64,000 nucleotides of DNA. Origin: Yuukianura sp. NJ FZ-2021 (lineage: Eukaryota). The position numbers were made by a program, and so were the translations under genes. The notes beneath the pieces were generated by a model. It was not told the origin of the DNA and searched no databases. It saw only the letters and a program-made list of their open reading frames with translations. Each line of letters starts with the position of its first letter. The stretch's first letter is position 1. Below are positions 61,801-64,000 of the stretch, one piece after another. Location of the stretch: contig CM102285.1 in the NCBI GenBank assembly GCA_046563655.1, positions 5,890,001-5,954,000 of the forward strand, given 5' to 3'.

Positions 61801-62633
61801 GTAGTGCAGGGACCGAACTGATTCGATGCAGGAACTGATGTAGAACAGGAACCGAGTTCGTTCGACGCAGGAACTGATGTAGAACAGGAACCGAGCTGAT
61901 TCGATGCAGGAACTGATGTAGAACAGGAACTGAGATGATGCGATGCAGGAACTGATGTAGAACAGGAACTGAGTTGATTCGATGCAGGAACTGGTGTAGA
62001 ACAGGAACCGATGAGATTTGATGCAGGAATTGGTGTAGTATAAGAACCGAGCTGATTCGATGTAGGAACTGATGTAGAACAGGAACTGAGCTGATTCGAT
62101 GTAGGAATTGATGTAGAATAGGGACCGAGCTGATTCGATGCAGGAACTGATGTAGGACAGGAACTGAGTTGATTCGATGCAGGAACTGATGTAGAATAGG
62201 GACCGAGCTGATTCGATGCAGGAACTGATGTAGGACATGAACTGTGTTGATTCGATGCACGAACTGATGTAGAACAGGAACCGATGAGATTCGGTGCAGG
62301 AATTGAAGTAGTATATGAACCGAGCTGATTCGATGTAGGAACTGATGTAGAACAGGAACTGAGCTGATTCGATGTAGGAATTGATGTAGAATAGGAACCG
62401 AGCTGATTCGATGCAGGAACTGATGTAGGACAGGAACTGAGTTGATTCGATGCAGGAACTGATATAGAACAGGAACCGGTGAGATTCGGTGCAGGAATTG
62501 AAGTAGTATATGAACCGGGCTGATTTGATGATGAAAAACTGCAGATCGATGAATGAAATGGAGAAGAAACGGGAGAAGGAGGAATGGAAGTTGATTTCAT
62601 TTTACTTCTATTTTTTGTTTTTCGCTGAGGCAT
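58854..62633 (-). CDS. CRE-clade-like non-LTR retrotransposon polyprotein: 13-aa repeats, RFX-like winged helix, RT, zinc knuckle, truncated restriction-like endonuclease
   Basis: RT motifs GIRPIAIG, LDFRNAFN, GVQQGDPLSP, WYLDD; C-terminal CVCG..HGLSC..RHSRHN..KEP..KRPDG..AWDFT. 1259 aa from MPQRK; the frame is open up to 62783. Confidence 0.9.
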   Translation of the reverse strand: MPQRKTKNRSKMKSTSIPPSPVSSPFHSSICSFSSSNQPGSYTTSIPAPNLTGSCSISVPASNQLSSCPTSVPASNQLGSYSTSIPTSNQLSSCSTSVPTSNQLGSYTTSIPAPNLIGSCSTSVRASNQHSSCPTSVPASNQLGPYSTSVPASNQLSSCPTSVPASNQLGPYSTSIPTSNQLSSCSTSVPTSNQLGSYTTPIPASNLIGSCSTPVPASNQLSSCSTSVPASHHLSSCSTSVPASNQLGSCSTSVPASNELGSCSTSVPASNQFGPCTTSVPASNQLGAYTTSLPASNHGSCTSVPEICFPSTNEAAYSFSPVAEDGESTEPPVSSQQTSTSSPSLPNFTNSSHYVRLTEEWISSNINSCPGSTITKLDLKSRYREYSDSNKIRPVVEATLGSKLHKLFPDLTITRAGGRRHADRSYCGITWSNFSSNEFNKSQNQDLGLLLANLKTSVPTLKHVPKGARRSTAECLSKLINDVVSCNSKESWSNLLLFPLFILSSPKKSDNVPNLTTWVKYKISNFSSSLPLNLHSSSISNSVFHSSQKKPSDFKLSSRILSKLADGDIHGAVRLLCCDDSLATEDTATLAALQLLHPKHPEPLQLPVQTQPSEIHLDDLQITKSILSFRNGSSGGLDSLRPQILKELIGKSTGDAGINLISSITKLANLVVNGSLPDQIRPLFFGASLVAIEKKTGGIRPIAIGLVWRRLVSKLVLSEMMKNLTPFLSPTQVGVGVKNGAEAIAHAARIYTNTPHPSPKVLLKLDFRNAFNLIRRDKMLQSVKHSFPEFYNFVSQSYSTDSELFYGSSRIKSSQGVQQGDPLSPALFALTVHPLATSIKSEFNVWYLDDATIGDSPDAVLSELKRIDEDAATFGLQLNFKKCEIIILSSNPSESCSIVNSFRAFAADIGVPNQENAELLGAPLTTASCRRIIKKKTEDFSRLSAKLSLLPAHAALFLLRASISTPRLIYFLRCFPSFLEYDLLTTYDNCLRQVLVNIMNINVSDSSWRQSSLPVSQGGLEICHAVDSATVSFLASIHCCSDLVDLFLPSNLSRSDLSVDLASRQWLEKGFVLPENPKIQRQWDFEISQSTYNELLRKCSTPTDKARLLAVASPHAGDWLNAIPSPQLGTLLNNECFRISCALRLGSDICLSHKCVCGAQVSTDGLHGLSCLKSAGRHSRHNSVNDLIFRSLRSAGIPSIKEPPGCSRSDGKRPDGITLIPWKSGRSLAWDFTCRDTFASSYVLACAIVCGHAAAFSAF
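61725..62525 (-). repeat. Coding 39-bp minisatellite, about 20 units (xTSVPASNQLxSC/Y)
   Basis: Unit GAACTGATGTAGAACAGGAACTGAGTTGATTCGATGCAG on plus; in frame with the RT ORF. Confidence 0.95.
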
Positions 62634-64000
62634 GACTGTTGGTATGGAGATGAGGTCAGGGGTCAATCGACTTGTTGAAAACTTTCGGAGTTGTTGGACC
62701 AGAGAAGGTGACCGTGAGACCAAGTGACAAAACTGGTCCGTAGAGGAAGAATTGGCCACGTATCTCTGTGAAACTTGACACAAGTTGATCAGTGGACGAA
62801 GGGCTTTGATGTAGTATAAGAAAAAGTTAGATATGTGACGAATAAAAGCTTAAAAAATTCTGAAAATGAGGAGCAAAATTTTCGTGTTTACACTTTTTCA
62901 CTTTTACACTTTTTCATTTTAAACGACCGTACCTATAAGTATTCTATTTACCTTGAAGTATTCCTACTAAGAAATTGAAAAGGTTGAAAGTTTACAATGC
63001 ACAAATTCAAAAACTTGAAATTGTGCATGTCAAAACTGAACTGGTGTGAAATTATGCAGTCTGGCAACCAAAAAGTTAAGTGTGCAATTTGAAAACCCAT
63101 AAAGATGGTAGATGTGCAATGTAAAAACCCGAAACGTGGAATTTGTGCAATGTAAAAATCCGAAAAGTGGTATTTGTGCATCGTAAAAACACGAAATGTG
63201 GAATTTGTGCACTATGAAAACTAGAAGGTGGAAATTGTGCATTTTAGGAAAACAATTTTGCTATAAGTACACACGGGTTGTGGGCCCAGCAATTTACATG
63301 AAGAGAAGGCGGAATGGGCCCAAAATCAACCAATTCCCGTAGGTGTCCTTTTGAGCGAAATTCAAATCAATCAATACAAATTTAAATTTACGAAATGATA
63401 TCAGAAAGCTTTACTTGCGCGATTATAGTTAATATATTATTCAAAACGTATTTAAAAACAATATACGCATAGTTTTTGAACTGTGTTTTTCACGTTTTTT
63501 AGTTGTTTGTAGTCAGTTAATTCAAATTCAGAGGGCAAAGCTCCACCCCTTTGGATTCATCCATTTCTTCCACTGGATATCCAGCCGTGGATGAAATGTC
63601 GGAAAAGTAGATATCCACCAACACTAATCATAGTATAGTCGACTATAGCTCAGAAATGGTAAAAACGCTAACGTTGACCTTTGACCTCGAGCGACGTCAC
63701 TCAAGGTCATACGCTATCACGCTATACACAAAGGTTGTTGATGCTATACACAAGCCTCGATAGATGAACGACTTTTGCAAATGTAACTTTTCATATTAGC
63801 GGGGGTTGACCTTGACCTTTAACTCGGAAGGAGTTAGTTGACCACTGGTATGATATTCAATTGTGAACATCTCCGGCACCCATGGTGTTGAATGGGGAAA
63901 ATAAATCCGTTTCCGAGATAATTGTGACTAACGGAACGGCCAGACAGGCAGACAGACATGGTAGCTACATAAAATAGCTTTTGCTACTTAATAAAACTAG

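Larger units (their letters stand above)
58044..63626. mobile_element. Putative old hAT-like TIR element enclosing a second TIR element and the retrotransposon
   Basis: CATTGTTGGTGGA / TCCACCAACACTA termini; degenerate TSD GCCATAGT/ATCATAGT; TGGATATCCA subterminal motifs; inner inverted ends TACGG..TTGGTTG..TTTGGGCCCA at about 58168 and 63340. Confidence 0.55.

Overview
AT-rich, intron-containing animal DNA, probably arthropod (clan-3 P450, TTAGG repeats, chemoreceptor-like relics); the species cannot be fixed from the sequence. Host genes: (1) a minus-strand tandem cluster of divergent MATH-BTB (SPOP/roadkill-like) genes, of which only the copy at 48531-50020 splices into an intact ORF; (2) a 4-exon CYP6/CYP9-like P450 whose last exon is split by a young BEL/Pao LTR element, which itself carries an intact Gypsy element; (3) two further P450 3' relics; (4) two damaged mpaB/Lcp-like oxygenase-domain genes; (5) two decayed gustatory-receptor-like relics. 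An 11.45-kb tandem duplication (22403-33851 / 33859-45303) has a filler-containing junction. About 20 non-autonomous elements are present, many nested (hAT, Mutator-like foldback, pogo, piggyBac, SINE, solo LTR). The most unusual object is a CRE-like non-LTR retrotransposon ORF (58854-62633, minus). It carries 20 copies of a 13-aa repeat and an apparent RFX-type winged-helix DNA-binding domain instead of zinc fingers, is cut at its 3' end, and sits inside nested TIR-bounded DNA. All calls were made by eye; no database searches were run.
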